From NCBI GenBank assembly GCA_963674745.2, contig CAXXDV010000001.1, forward strand, positions 1,312,001 through 1,376,000: DNA of 64,000 nucleotides. Reading direction: 5' to 3'. Below, one piece after another: positions 41,064 to 51,330 of this stretch. This stretch comes from Desulfosudaceae bacterium (GTDB lineage: Bacteria; Desulfobacterota; Desulfobacteria; Desulfobacterales; Desulfosudaceae). Made by a program: the position numbers and the translations under genes. A model generated the notes under the pieces. The model did not search any database, had not been told where the DNA came from, and saw only the letters and a list, made by a program, of their open reading frames with translations. The stretch's first letter is position 1; every line of letters begins with the position of its first letter.

Positions 41064-43562
41064 ATGCCGGAAATTCATCCTTTCAACCAGCGGTATAAAC
41101 ATCTGATCCTCAACGCTGACTATGAAATCTGTATTGAGCGGGCCCGGTACTATACGGAAAGCTTCAAGCAGACCGAAGGAGAACATCCTTCCGTACGCGC
41201 GGCCAGGGCCCTGCGTCATACCCTGTCCAACATGACGCTTTATATCCTGGACGGCGAAGCGATCGCAGGCAACCGCTCCAGCAAGATCACCGGCGTGGTG
41301 TTGCCGGTTGAGAGGGGCGATGTGAATGTGATTCTGGACATGGAACTCGAACCCCTGCTGCGCCGAAAGCGTCAGCCGTTTTATATTGATCCGGAGGACC
41401 GCAACGTTCTGGATCAGGAAATTCTGCCGTACTGGCGCGGCAGAACCGTGCGGGACGGCAAAAAAGCAGCCTGGAAAGCCAATGGCCTGAACTTTAAACC
41501 GGCCCTCAACCCTTTCAGTATCGGTAAAAGATTTAGGGGATTAGACCTGGGTCGGTTGAAGAAATCGGCCGCAGTGCCCGGTGCGGGTTTGGATTATGCG
41601 GTTAAAGGTATGAGGGAGCTGCTTCACAACAACCCGGCCATGGTCATGAATGTGTTTGACGTGCAGGGGCATCTGATCCTGGGCTTGAAAAATGTTCTGG
41701 CCGAAGGTTTTTCAGGCATCAAAGCCCGGGCAGAAGCAAGGCTGGAAAAAGCAAGACAGGACAACGATACTGACGGCCTCGGTTTCCTGGAAGGGGTCCT
41801 CATCAGTTGCGAGGCCATCGAAATACTGGCCAACCGCCTGGCCGACCTGGCCACGGAAAAAGCCGATGCGGCTATCGACCCGGCGGATAAAGAGCGGTTG
41901 CGGGCCATTGCCGAACGTTGCCGGCATGTTCCCATGAACCCGCCACGGAATTTTTACGAAGCCGTGCAGGCCATGTGGCTGACCCTGGTCGGCGGCCTGG
42001 TGGCCCACGGCATGGTCGGTATCCTGGCCATCGGCCGTTTTGACCAGTACCTTTATCCCTGGTACGCCAAAGACAGAAAAGCGGGTCGGTTGACCGACGA
42101 GCAGGCCGTCCGGATTGTTGAAGAACTGCTGATCAAGTGCGCTGCCAATCTCATGATTCTGCCCTATGCCGGGAAAAATACAGGAAACGAGTTGGGATCG
42201 GACAGTTGCGTGCCCACGGTTGGCGGCCTGGATGCCGACGGTAACGACGCCGTCAATGAGTTGTCGGGAATTATTCTGGACGCCTTTGCCAATGTCAAGT
42301 CCCTTGGCAACAGCTTTACCATCCGGCTTTCGGAAAAATCACCCCAATGGTTCTGGGAAAAAGCACTGGCCACTTTTCGTCGGACCTCCGGGGCGGCCCT
42401 GTTCAACGATGAAATGGTGGTCAGGTCTCTTGAAAAATGCGGCATGCCGACCGCTGATGCCCGGGATTATGGTGTCATCGGGTGCGTGGAGCCCACCGGT
42501 GACGGTAATACCTTTGGATGCACCTCGGGTAACGATATCTCCCTGGCCGCGGCCATGGAAATGGCCTTGAATAATGGTTACCTGCGGATCATGGGCAAAC
42601 GCATCGGGCCGGCCACCGGCAATGCCCGCAAATTTAAAAATTTTGAAGACCTGGTGCACGCTTTTAACCGTCAGGTGGCCTTTATGGTGGATACCGTCGC
42701 CAGGGCGGTTAATTTAAAAGACGAGGTGTATCGCAAGGGGTTTCATAATCCCTATATTTCCGCCACCCTGACCGGATGCGTCGAAAATGCACGGGACATG
42801 ACCTGCGGCGGGGCCAGATACAACTTTGCCTCTATCAGTGGCCGGGGGTTGGGAACGGCTGTGGATTCCCTGGCGGCGATCAAGTATTTCGTGTTTGACA
42901 AAGACGAGATTTCAATGACGGCCCTGCTGGATATGCTGGACAACAATTTCAGCAAACACGAGGTGTTTCGCCAGAGGCTGCTTCACCAGGCGCCCAAATA
43001 CGGTGCCGACAATGGCGAAGCCGACGCTATAGCCGCCAGGGTATGTGCCTTTTTTTGCGACCAGGTATCCGGCCATCAGTCCATTCGCAACGGACCTTTC
43101 CGGCCGAGCTTTTTTTCCTACGGCATGCACGTGCTGGAAGGCCTGTATATCGGGGCACTGCCCAACGGGAGAAAAGCGGGAGAGCCGGTTTCAAACAGTT
43201 TTTCGCCGTCCAATGGAACGGAAAAAAAGGGGCCGACAGGCGTGCTGCGTTCCGTGACCCGGGTGGATCATACCCGGATTTCCAACGGACTGGCCGTCAA
43301 CATCAAGCTGTCGCCGGCCCTGTTTGCCGGTAAAGAACGGCTGGAAAAAATGGTCGCCCTGGTCAAAGGCTATTTTGCCGAAGGCGGTATGGAGGTCTCG
43401 CTTAATGTGGTTTCCAATCAGGACTTAAAAGCCGCCCAGCAGCATCCGGAACAGTACCAGGACCTGGTGGTGCGGGTGTCGGGCTATTCCGCCCTGTTTA
43501 CGGACCTGGGCAAGCCGTTGCAGGATGAGATTATCAGCCGCACCGAATTCGGAGAAGCATGA
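41064..43562 (+). CDS. Glycyl radical enzyme (PFL2/eliminase-like)
   Basis: GRFDQYLYP, Cys loop IGCVEP, Gly loop LVVRVSGYS. Confidence 0.93.
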   Translation: MPEIHPFNQRYKHLILNADYEICIERARYYTESFKQTEGEHPSVRAARALRHTLSNMTLYILDGEAIAGNRSSKITGVVLPVERGDVNVILDMELEPLLRRKRQPFYIDPEDRNVLDQEILPYWRGRTVRDGKKAAWKANGLNFKPALNPFSIGKRFRGLDLGRLKKSAAVPGAGLDYAVKGMRELLHNNPAMVMNVFDVQGHLILGLKNVLAEGFSGIKARAEARLEKARQDNDTDGLGFLEGVLISCEAIEILANRLADLATEKADAAIDPADKERLRAIAERCRHVPMNPPRNFYEAVQAMWLTLVGGLVAHGMVGILAIGRFDQYLYPWYAKDRKAGRLTDEQAVRIVEELLIKCAANLMILPYAGKNTGNELGSDSCVPTVGGLDADGNDAVNELSGIILDAFANVKSLGNSFTIRLSEKSPQWFWEKALATFRRTSGAALFNDEMVVRSLEKCGMPTADARDYGVIGCVEPTGDGNTFGCTSGNDISLAAAMEMALNNGYLRIMGKRIGPATGNARKFKNFEDLVHAFNRQVAFMVDTVARAVNLKDEVYRKGFHNPYISATLTGCVENARDMTCGGARYNFASISGRGLGTAVDSLAAIKYFVFDKDEISMTALLDMLDNNFSKHEVFRQRLLHQAPKYGADNGEADAIAARVCAFFCDQVSGHQSIRNGPFRPSFFSYGMHVLEGLYIGALPNGRKAGEPVSNSFSPSNGTEKKGPTGVLRSVTRVDHTRISNGLAVNIKLSPALFAGKERLEKMVALVKGYFAEGGMEVSLNVVSNQDLKAAQQHPEQYQDLVVRVSGYSALFTDLGKPLQDEIISRTEFGEA

Positions 43563-43727
43563 TGGCTTTGTTAAACGCCCAAGATCGGCGTTGCGCTTCG
43601 CCCCTCGGAATTTCAACGTGCACATTATGTGTTGACAGCCGAATTCGCAGACAAAACAAAAGTCCAAAACAAACGGGTCGCAAAAGGCGGATACAAAGTA
43701 AACGCCGGTGTTTTTGAAAAATTCATC
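43561..43727. mobile_element. Degenerate copy of the MITE-like family
   Basis: GATGGCTTTGTTAAACGCCC...GCGTTGCGCT..CCTCGGAATTTCAA matches the 10774 element; ends TTTTTGAAAAATTCATC. Confidence 0.6.
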
Positions 43728-43802
43728 AAGACACAGACAACCAGGTTGTTTTTATAGTTGCACAAACATCTTGATGCCGGTGTCAAACCGGCCAGAGGAA
43801 AC

Positions 43803-44531
43803 ATGGACAAAAAACGCGTTCAAATGAAAGTTTTGCTGGGAATGATGGCGGTTCTGGAAAAACATCCCCTGCTGGTCAGGATTTTTTTGCGGCCGCTGAC
43901 GAAAATACCCTGGCTTTCGAAAAAGATGATGGTGCTGCCCAGGGCCTATATGGGTGCCACGGCCTTTGAGATTCACGATGTGGACCTGAAAAACGGACGC
44001 ATCGGCATCGGCGGCGTGGAAGAAATCATGGCCGGCGCCAAGATCATTCATCTGCTGCATACCACCCTGGCGTCCCGGATGTCGGAGGAAGAAAAAAACA
44101 AAGCCCTGTATGACATGGGGGTGACCCTGTGTACCTGGGAAGTGACCCGGGCCCTGGAAGGCGGCCGCTGGGCGCCTTCTTTTCTGGTTCCGCTGATCGC
44201 CAACAGCCTCATCCTGGATGAGGTCCGCACCGATCCCCTGGTGGCGCGGTTTTTTGAAAAAACCATGAACATGATGTCCCGTTTGATCACCGACGAAGGC
44301 GGATGGGGGCACCTGGCGTTTGATTTTTCAGCCCAACCCATGCGGGTCACCCTGCTCAACTCCCAGGAAGCCCGCTGGCTGCGGCCGTCGGATAAGCCGG
44401 TCTGTCATTTTTATGCCGGGATCGTGGCCGGTTACGCCGGCACCATTTCCGGCCGGCCGATTACCGTCCGTGAGGTGGACTGCCGGGCCATGGGGGCGGA
44501 TAAATGCGTTTTCCATTTGTTTGAGGAATAA
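43803..44531 (+). CDS. V4R (4-vinyl reductase) domain protein
   Basis: GWG, PVCHFYAGIVAG, EVDCRAMGADKCVF. Confidence 0.8.
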   Translation: MDKKRVQMKVLLGMMAVLEKHPLLVRIFLRPLTKIPWLSKKMMVLPRAYMGATAFEIHDVDLKNGRIGIGGVEEIMAGAKIIHLLHTTLASRMSEEEKNKALYDMGVTLCTWEVTRALEGGRWAPSFLVPLIANSLILDEVRTDPLVARFFEKTMNMMSRLITDEGGWGHLAFDFSAQPMRVTLLNSQEARWLRPSDKPVCHFYAGIVAGYAGTISGRPITVREVDCRAMGADKCVFHLFEE

Positions 44532-44548
44532 GGGCGGATAACAAAAAA

Positions 44549-45580
44549 ATGGTCAAACGAATCCTGGCCGCCTTTGTGGTCCTTGTCTTTCTGTTTCACG
44601 CGGGATGGTATGCCATTACCATTGAGAAAACCCGCGCCGGGATACTGAACGATACGGTTATTGATAAATTTCAAGACAAGATGATGGCCCGGATAGGCCT
44701 TAAGCTGGGCAAATCAGTGATTGAAGAGGCCTATGTTGAAGCCAACGGCATTCGCCTGCACCTGGATATTCTGGCCGCTGCCCCCGAAGCACCCGTTCTG
44801 GTTTTTATTCCCGGTACGGCCGTTCACACCCGGGTCTATATAGAACTGATGCATGCCCTTTACCGGAGGGGTATTACCGTCATCGGTTTTGATCCCCGGG
44901 GGCACGGTCGCAGCAGCGGAACGCGAGGTGATTACACCATCAACGAAATCGTGGATGACACCCTGGCCGTGGTTACTTATGCCCGGATTCGCTTCAAGGG
45001 ACGGGTGGCCGTTGCCGGCAGCAGCCAGGGCGGAATCGCGGCTTTTTATGCCGCCGCCCGGGACCCATCTCTGGCCGCGGCGGTATGTCACAACATGGCC
45101 GACCTAAACGGCCGGGACAACCTGCAGCTTGCCCGGATAAAAATTCCGGCCTGGATGGTCTCCACCAACCTTTTTCTGATCAAATTTTACGGCCGGTTTG
45201 CCGTTCCCATATCGTTGTACCTGGACCTGAGCCGGGAACACTTAAAAGACGGCACGGATGCCAAAACATATATATACGAGGACCCCCTGTGTAACACCTG
45301 GGTGACCTTAAGGGCCCTGGGCTCTTTGATGAAGACCGGTCTGGCCAGACCCGTGGAAGAGATCACCGTGCCGATCATGCTGATTCATTCCGATGGGGAC
45401 CATATTTTTCCACAAAAATATGTGGAGGGTATTTATCAACGGCTGAACTGCTCCAAGGCCTATCTGCTGGTAGAAGGCCGCGAGCACCTGGTGATGACCA
45501 ATCATGTGGACGAGGTGGCGCCATCTATTGCCAACTGGCTCAAAATAATGACCCGGCGACCGGTCGGGGACAGCAATTAG
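44549..45580 (+). CDS. Alpha/beta hydrolase (lysophospholipase-like) with N-terminal signal/anchor
   Basis: DPRGHGRS, GSSQGG, D..IFP, REHL. Confidence 0.85.
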   Translation: MVKRILAAFVVLVFLFHAGWYAITIEKTRAGILNDTVIDKFQDKMMARIGLKLGKSVIEEAYVEANGIRLHLDILAAAPEAPVLVFIPGTAVHTRVYIELMHALYRRGITVIGFDPRGHGRSSGTRGDYTINEIVDDTLAVVTYARIRFKGRVAVAGSSQGGIAAFYAAARDPSLAAAVCHNMADLNGRDNLQLARIKIPAWMVSTNLFLIKFYGRFAVPISLYLDLSREHLKDGTDAKTYIYEDPLCNTWVTLRALGSLMKTGLARPVEEITVPIMLIHSDGDHIFPQKYVEGIYQRLNCSKAYLLVEGREHLVMTNHVDEVAPSIANWLKIMTRRPVGDSN

Positions 45581-45619
45581 ATATGCTTTGAAGAATTTGA
45601 ACAAACCCTTGTTTTTGAA

Positions 45620-45651
45620 GGGGTCAAGGATTCGAGGGTTCAAGGGGTCAA
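45620..45651 (+). repeat. 4x 8-bp tandem repeat of the same family as 6870-7046
   Basis: GGGGTCAA GGATTCGA GGGTTCAA GGGGTCAA. Confidence 0.75.
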
Positions 45652-45675
45652 GATAAAGAAAGGAGCAATGTTAAT

Positions 45676-47103
45676 ATGGTCTTGTCAGCCATAAACGGTT
45701 TATATACCGACTTTTACGAACTGACCATGGCCCAGGGTTATTTCCTTTCCGGCAAAAAAGAGGATACAGCCGTGTTCGATTATTTTTTTCGGGCCAACCC
45801 GTTTGACGGCGGGTACGTGATTTTTGCCGGGCTGGATAATCTGCTTCAGGCTTTGATGGGCTTTACCTATAGCGAAGATGACCTTGACTATCTGGCCCAA
45901 AAAGGCTTTTCAAGCGAATTCCTTTCCTTCTTAAAGGACTTTCAGTTTCAGGGAACGGTCAGCAGTGTCCGTGAAGGGGAAGTGGTATTTCCTCTGGCGC
46001 CCCTGGTTCGGGTGGAAGGCACGATTATCGAATGTCAGTTGATTGAAACCCTGCTGTTGAATTTTTTAAACTTTGAATCCCTGATCGCCACCAAGGCGTC
46101 TCGTGTCCGGCGGGTGGCCGGCGAGCGGCCCGTGGCCGATTTTGGTTTAAGGCGGGCCCAGGGCCTCGGCGGGTTGCAGGCCAGCCGGGCGGCCTTTGTC
46201 GGCGGTCTGGATGCCACCTCAAATGTGCTGGCCGGACGAAATTTCAACATACCGGTAACCGGCACTCAGGCCCATTCCTGGATTCAGGGTTTTGACAGTG
46301 AACTGGCGGCCTTTCGGACTTATGCCCGGCTCTATCCGGACAATACCGTTCTGCTGGTGGACACCTATGACACGCTGGGCAGCGGCCTGCCCAATGCCAT
46401 TAAGGTGGGGCTTGAGTTAAAAGAAAACGGACAGACCTTAAAAGCCATTCGTCTGGACAGCGGTGATCTGGCTTATTTAAGCAAACAGGCCCGGAAGATG
46501 CTCGACGCGTCCGGGTTGATCGAAACAAAAATTTTGGCCTCCAACCAGCTGGACGAATACCTCATCCGGAGCCTGAACGAACAACAGGCACCGGTGGACG
46601 GTTTCGGCGTCGGAACCGAGCTGGTCACCGGTAGGGCCACGGCCGCACTGGACGGGGTGTATAAGCTTTCCGCGTTTAACGGCCATCCGACCTTGAAGCT
46701 GTCCAACACCCTTGAAAAAATTTCCCTGCCGGCCAGAAAGGAAACCTTCCGGTTTTTCAATGGCGACGGAAATTTTTATGCCGACTGCGTCTGTCTGGCC
46801 GACGAAGCCCGGCCTGAAATGATGGTTCACCCTTATGAGCCGGACAAGCGTTGTTCTTTGGTCGGACTGACGGCTGATCCCCTGATTGACACCGTCATGG
46901 AGAACGGTCGGATTGTCAAACAGGTCAGCGGCGTCAGAGAAATAAGAAAATTCTCCAGGAACCGTCTGGCCCTGGTGCCGCAGGAACACCTGCGGTTTGA
47001 AATGCCGCACATATACAAAGTGGGGGTGTCGCCGGGGCTGGCAGCGCTTCGGGATGAATTGACGGTTTTATTAAAAAAAAATGCGAAACATGATGGTTCA
47101 TAA
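45676..47103 (+). CDS. pncB: Nicotinate phosphoribosyltransferase
   Basis: TDFYELTM, DFGLRRAQG, GTQAHSW, LVDTYD, IRLDSGDL. Confidence 0.95.
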   Translation: MVLSAINGLYTDFYELTMAQGYFLSGKKEDTAVFDYFFRANPFDGGYVIFAGLDNLLQALMGFTYSEDDLDYLAQKGFSSEFLSFLKDFQFQGTVSSVREGEVVFPLAPLVRVEGTIIECQLIETLLLNFLNFESLIATKASRVRRVAGERPVADFGLRRAQGLGGLQASRAAFVGGLDATSNVLAGRNFNIPVTGTQAHSWIQGFDSELAAFRTYARLYPDNTVLLVDTYDTLGSGLPNAIKVGLELKENGQTLKAIRLDSGDLAYLSKQARKMLDASGLIETKILASNQLDEYLIRSLNEQQAPVDGFGVGTELVTGRATAALDGVYKLSAFNGHPTLKLSNTLEKISLPARKETFRFFNGDGNFYADCVCLADEARPEMMVHPYEPDKRCSLVGLTADPLIDTVMENGRIVKQVSGVREIRKFSRNRLALVPQEHLRFEMPHIYKVGVSPGLAALRDELTVLLKKNAKHDGS

Positions 47104-47232
47104 AAGTCAATTAATGATTGAGTTTAGAGGGATTTTAGCGGAAAACAGGATAAGGGGCATTTCTGCGGTTCCTTAACAGAAGGGAAAAGACATAAGGCGT
47201 ATGAGGTCAAAGGGGAAAAAAAGGAGGCAGGC

Positions 47233-47784
47233 ATGAAAGCCATTCTGGTCAATGATGTTCAGAATGATTTTTGCCCCGGGGGGGCGCTGGCGGTTCCGGA
47301 AGGAGATCATATTGTGCCGGTCATCAATGAGCTGATGAATCATTTCGATCTGGTGCTGGCGTCACGGGACTGGCACCCGGAAGAAAGTCATCATTTTGAA
47401 TACTGGCCGGCGCATTGTGTGCAAAACACCGAGGGAGCGGATTATCATGGTGATCTGAATACCGCAAAGATCAATCTGGAGCTGTTCAAGGGGACTCAAA
47501 ACGCGGATGACGGCTACTCGGCTTTTGAGGCCACCAACATGAGCCTGCTTCAGTCGCTGCGGGACAACGGTGTCACCGAGTTGTATGTAACCGGTATTGC
47601 CACGGAATTTTGTATAAAAGCAACCGTGCTCGAGGCGCTTAAGAACCAGATTCGTACGTTTGTCATTACCGATGCCGTCAAGGGCATAGAAGCGTTCCCG
47701 GGAGATTCGAAAAAAGCGCTGGCAGAAATGGAACAGGCCGGTGCCACGCTGATTTCATCAAAGGCGATTATCAATCATGAATAA
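47233..47784 (+). CDS. pncA: Nicotinamidase
   Basis: DVQNDFCPGGAL, DWHP, WPAHCV, GIATEFC. Confidence 0.93.
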   Translation: MKAILVNDVQNDFCPGGALAVPEGDHIVPVINELMNHFDLVLASRDWHPEESHHFEYWPAHCVQNTEGADYHGDLNTAKINLELFKGTQNADDGYSAFEATNMSLLQSLRDNGVTELYVTGIATEFCIKATVLEALKNQIRTFVITDAVKGIEAFPGDSKKALAEMEQAGATLISSKAIINHE

Positions 47785-48382
47785 AGAGAACGCAGCCCGG
47801 CCGGACGGCCGCCGGGCCCGGTCCGATCGATCGCGCAACGCCATTGCCACCGCCATGCTGGAATTGATCGTGGAGGGAACACCCCATCCCTCCGCCCGGC
47901 AGGCGGCCGAACGGGCCGGCGTGTCGCCTCGCCTGGTGTTTCATCATTTTAAAGACATGGAAGCGCTTTATGGACGGTTGATGACCCTCCAGTCAGAGCG
48001 GTTGCGCCCCTTGATGGAAATGGATATGGCGCTTCATGCGCCGTTTGAGGAGCGACTGTCCGTTTTTGCGGATCATCGTGTCACGATCCTGGAATTTATT
48101 TCTCCGATCAGAAAAGTGATTATCGGCACCGAGGTTACGTCGCCGGTTATCGCCGCCGAACTGGACCTTTTCAGGGAAATTAAACGTAAACAGGCAGCGG
48201 CTGTTTTTGCACCGGAACTGTCCCGGCTGACGGCTGAAGAAGCAGGCCTGGCCGCTTCGGCCCTCCAATTGGCCACGTCCTGGTCTGCCTGGCATTCGCT
48301 CCGTCATCACCAGAAATTGCCGCTGGAAAAAGCCGAAACCGTTCTGATTCAAATGATCCGCAGCATTTTAAAAATGCCATGA
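47777..48382 (+). CDS. TetR/AcrR family regulator
   Basis: AERAGVSPRLVFHHFKDMEAL. Confidence 0.9.
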   Translation: MNKENAARPDGRRARSDRSRNAIATAMLELIVEGTPHPSARQAAERAGVSPRLVFHHFKDMEALYGRLMTLQSERLRPLMEMDMALHAPFEERLSVFADHRVTILEFISPIRKVIIGTEVTSPVIAAELDLFREIKRKQAAAVFAPELSRLTAEEAGLAASALQLATSWSAWHSLRHHQKLPLEKAETVLIQMIRSILKMP

Positions 48383-48413
48383 ACCGTTTAACCGCATTAT
48401 TTGCAGGGATACC

Positions 48414-49544
48414 ATGAGCATATCAAAAGAAGACATTGTCAAAGAGGCGCATCGCCAGGGGTTTGAAGATGTCGGGTTTACCACGGCCGAACCTTTCGAC
48501 CAGCACAAAACGTTTCTGCTGGAAAGACAGGCGGAATACGGCTGGGCCGAAGCCGTGGGCCTCGACCTGTTAAAAGGAACAGACCCGGCCAACATTCTTC
48601 CCGGGGCCAGAACCATTATTGTCCTGATAGAAAACTATTTTAACCGGTCCTACCCCCGCTCCATCGAGGGCCTTTTCGGCCGCTGTTATCTTGATGACGA
48701 TCGGGTCACAAAGGACGGGTTGACCGTACGGATAAAATCTTTTCGGGCTTTTTTAAGAGACAACGGCATTAATACCAAGGTGCCCTTCAACCTGCCCCAT
48801 CGGGTGGCGGCCGCCCGGGCCGGCCTGGGTACGTTCGGTAAAAACTGCCTGTTTTACGCCCACCGGGTGGTGCGGGGCGGATCCTGGACCCTGCCCATCG
48901 CGGTGGTGGTGGACCGGGAATTTGAGCCGGACGAGCCGACCCTTGAAATGGGTTGCCCGGACTGGTGCCGCAGCGTCTGTGTTGCCGCCTGCCCCACCCG
49001 GGCGTTGAAAGGAAACGGTCGCATTGACCCCCGTAAATGTATTTCTTTTCTGACCTATTTCGGTCAGGGCATCACGCCCCTTGAGCTGCGGGAACCCATG
49101 GGTATGTTTGTTTATGGCTGTGATCGCTGCCAGAACGTATGTCCCCGCAATCAGCCCTGGCTGACCAAAACCCTTCCCCTCAACGAAAAGGTGGTCGCCA
49201 AGGCGGATAGTTTCGAACTGCCGGCCCTTCTGCACATGGACAAGACCTATTTCCATGAAAGGGTCTGGCCGCATATGTTTTATATGACCTTTGACGACGT
49301 CTGGCGCTGGCGGATGAACGTGGCCCGTGTGATGGGCAACAGCCGGGATACCATGTATACGACAGATCTGATCCGGGCCTTTGATGAAAACCCGGATGAC
49401 CGGGTAAGGGCAATGTGCGCCTGGGCGCTGGGCCGGATCGGGGGTGAAAAGGCCCGTTCGGCCTTGAGCGGTTTTTCCGGCCGTGACGACCTGACCCCAC
49501 CGGTTTTGCAGGAGGTGACACTGGCCCTGGACGCCGCACGTTAA
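48414..49544 (+). CDS. Epoxyqueuosine reductase (QueG)-like Fe-S protein with C-terminal HEAT repeats
   Basis: AARAGLGTFGKN, C...CRSVCVAACPTRAL, YGCDRCQNVCP, AWALGRIG. Confidence 0.8.
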   Translation: MSISKEDIVKEAHRQGFEDVGFTTAEPFDQHKTFLLERQAEYGWAEAVGLDLLKGTDPANILPGARTIIVLIENYFNRSYPRSIEGLFGRCYLDDDRVTKDGLTVRIKSFRAFLRDNGINTKVPFNLPHRVAAARAGLGTFGKNCLFYAHRVVRGGSWTLPIAVVVDREFEPDEPTLEMGCPDWCRSVCVAACPTRALKGNGRIDPRKCISFLTYFGQGITPLELREPMGMFVYGCDRCQNVCPRNQPWLTKTLPLNEKVVAKADSFELPALLHMDKTYFHERVWPHMFYMTFDDVWRWRMNVARVMGNSRDTMYTTDLIRAFDENPDDRVRAMCAWALGRIGGEKARSALSGFSGRDDLTPPVLQEVTLALDAAR

Positions 49545-49582
49545 AACATCTTAAAAACCTAACGACATAAGGAGGTTCTGCC

Positions 49583-50068
49583 TTGAGTAAACAACAATGG
49601 GATGCCGCACCGGCAATGGAAATCGATCCGGAAAAAACATACCGGGTGACCATGGAAACCAGCAAGGGCGTGATTGAGCTTGCTCTCTATCCTGAGCATG
49701 CGCCTAAGACCGTTAATAATTTTGTGTTCCTGGTCCGGCAGGGCTTTTATGACGGTGTCGTGTTTCACCGGGTGATTCCGGACTTTGTCATCCAGGGCGG
49801 CGACCCCACCGGTACCGGCCGGGGCGGCCCGGGCTACCGTTTTGAAGACGAGCTTGAGGGTAACCCGCTCCGGCATGAAACCGGTGCCATTTCCATGGCC
49901 AATGCCGGGCCCAACACCAATGGCAGCCAGTTTTTTATTACCCATTCACCGCAGCCGCATCTGGACGGCAATCACACCGTGTTCGGCAAGGTCATCGACT
50001 GCCAGGACATCGTCAATGCCATCAAGCAGGGCGATGTCATGAAAAAGGTGACCGTCAAAGAAATATAA
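49583..50068 (+). CDS. Cyclophilin-type peptidyl-prolyl isomerase
   Basis: [44 protein letters not shown] start. Confidence 0.96.
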   Translation: MSKQQWDAAPAMEIDPEKTYRVTMETSKGVIELALYPEHAPKTVNNFVFLVRQGFYDGVVFHRVIPDFVIQGGDPTGTGRGGPGYRFEDELEGNPLRHETGAISMANAGPNTNGSQFFITHSPQPHLDGNHTVFGKVIDCQDIVNAIKQGDVMKKVTVKEI

Positions 50069-50086
50069 CCAGGCAAAGGACGGGAT

Positions 50087-51262
50087 ATGAAAAACGACCG
50101 GAGAAAGCTGCGGCAACTGGCCAAAATGATGAACACCAAGAACGAAATTCTGGTGCCGCTGGTCGGGGGGGTCCTGGCGCTCATGGACGTGGTGGCCCTG
50201 CCGGCGGATGTTGATTTCCTGCTGACCTTGGGGCCCGAGCCGCATAAGCGCGATCAGGCCGTGGCCAAAACCGGTATGGCCAAACATGAGGCCCTGGATT
50301 ACCTTGACGGCCTGGTCAAAAAGGGCTGGATCTGGCCGTATACGTTTGAAGACGGTCAAACCGGCTATGAACTGCTGCCCATCGTTGTCGGCTGGTTTGA
50401 AATGCAGCTCTGCCACGGCCGGGAAACCGATCAGGAAAAGGCGTTTGCCCGGGCCGCCGAAGACCTGTTCAATTCCCTGGGCCGGCTGAACGTTTTTCCC
50501 CTGCGCCCGGCCTTTAATTTTTTCACCAGATCCGTCACCAAGCCTTACCAGACCATCGGCGCCATTAAACCGCCGGATGATCCGGCCGGGAAAAATCGTA
50601 CCGTGCCGGTCGACCGCCCCCTGGCGGTGGCGCCCCAGGTGGCCGGCCCGACGCCCTATGTGTCCGAGTTGATCGATCGGCACGGACAAAACAACGCCAT
50701 TGCCGTTATGCACTGTTTCTGCCGTCAATGGCGAAAATTCGTCGACACCCCCTGCCGGTTTGACATTGCCCCGGAAACCTGCGTGGCGGTCGGCCCCATG
50801 GCCAATGATCTTGTCGACCATGGTTTCGGCCGCCGCATCACCCGGCAGGACGCCTTGAAAATTTTCGATGATGTTTCCAGGGCCGGGGCCGTGCATACCC
50901 TGTTTCATGAAAAGGACGACATCCGCCTGCCCAACATCGCTGTCTGCAACTGCTGCTGGGACTGCTGCGGTATTTACGGCAGCTACAATCGGGGGCTGAT
51001 TCCGCTGTATATGAAAAGGTATTACCGAGCCGTGGTCAACCGGCCGGAAGAATGCAAAGCCTGCGGCAAGTGCGTCAAACACTGCCCCACCAACTGCATC
51101 CGGCAGATCGATGAAGGCGTTGTCCTTGACGGTGAAAAATGCATCGGCTGCGGCCAGTGCGCCCTGCAATGCCCCACCGGCGCTATCATGCTGGTTCCGG
51201 ACCAGCGCGATGTGCTGGTGCCCATGGTCAAAAAATCCGAAGCAAGAATTCAGGTGGGTTAA
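50087..51262 (+). CDS. 4Fe-4S dicluster protein with extra Cys-rich domain
   Basis: HCFCR, CNCCWDCCG, two CxxCxxCxxxCP motifs. Confidence 0.85.
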   Translation: MKNDRRKLRQLAKMMNTKNEILVPLVGGVLALMDVVALPADVDFLLTLGPEPHKRDQAVAKTGMAKHEALDYLDGLVKKGWIWPYTFEDGQTGYELLPIVVGWFEMQLCHGRETDQEKAFARAAEDLFNSLGRLNVFPLRPAFNFFTRSVTKPYQTIGAIKPPDDPAGKNRTVPVDRPLAVAPQVAGPTPYVSELIDRHGQNNAIAVMHCFCRQWRKFVDTPCRFDIAPETCVAVGPMANDLVDHGFGRRITRQDALKIFDDVSRAGAVHTLFHEKDDIRLPNIAVCNCCWDCCGIYGSYNRGLIPLYMKRYYRAVVNRPEECKACGKCVKHCPTNCIRQIDEGVVLDGEKCIGCGQCALQCPTGAIMLVPDQRDVLVPMVKKSEARIQVG

Positions 51263-51330
51263 CAGCGCAATAAGGCTTGAAAAAGCCGGCAGGTATTTTG
51301 TTGCGATTCAAATAAACAGGGGGTTTTCGG

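Noticed and set aside
45620..45651. Short repeats as a possible CRISPR array
   Set aside because: 8-bp units with no spacers and no cas genes
48414..49544. Reductive dehalogenase
   Set aside because: No Tat signal or membrane-anchor gene; motifs and HEAT tail fit QueG-like proteins better
49946..51169. 407-aa antisense ORF, plus other long shadow ORFs (e.g. 18540..19331, 62301..63128, 14342..15055)
   Set aside because: They overlap well-supported genes on the opposite strand, have no motifs, and are expected from codon bias
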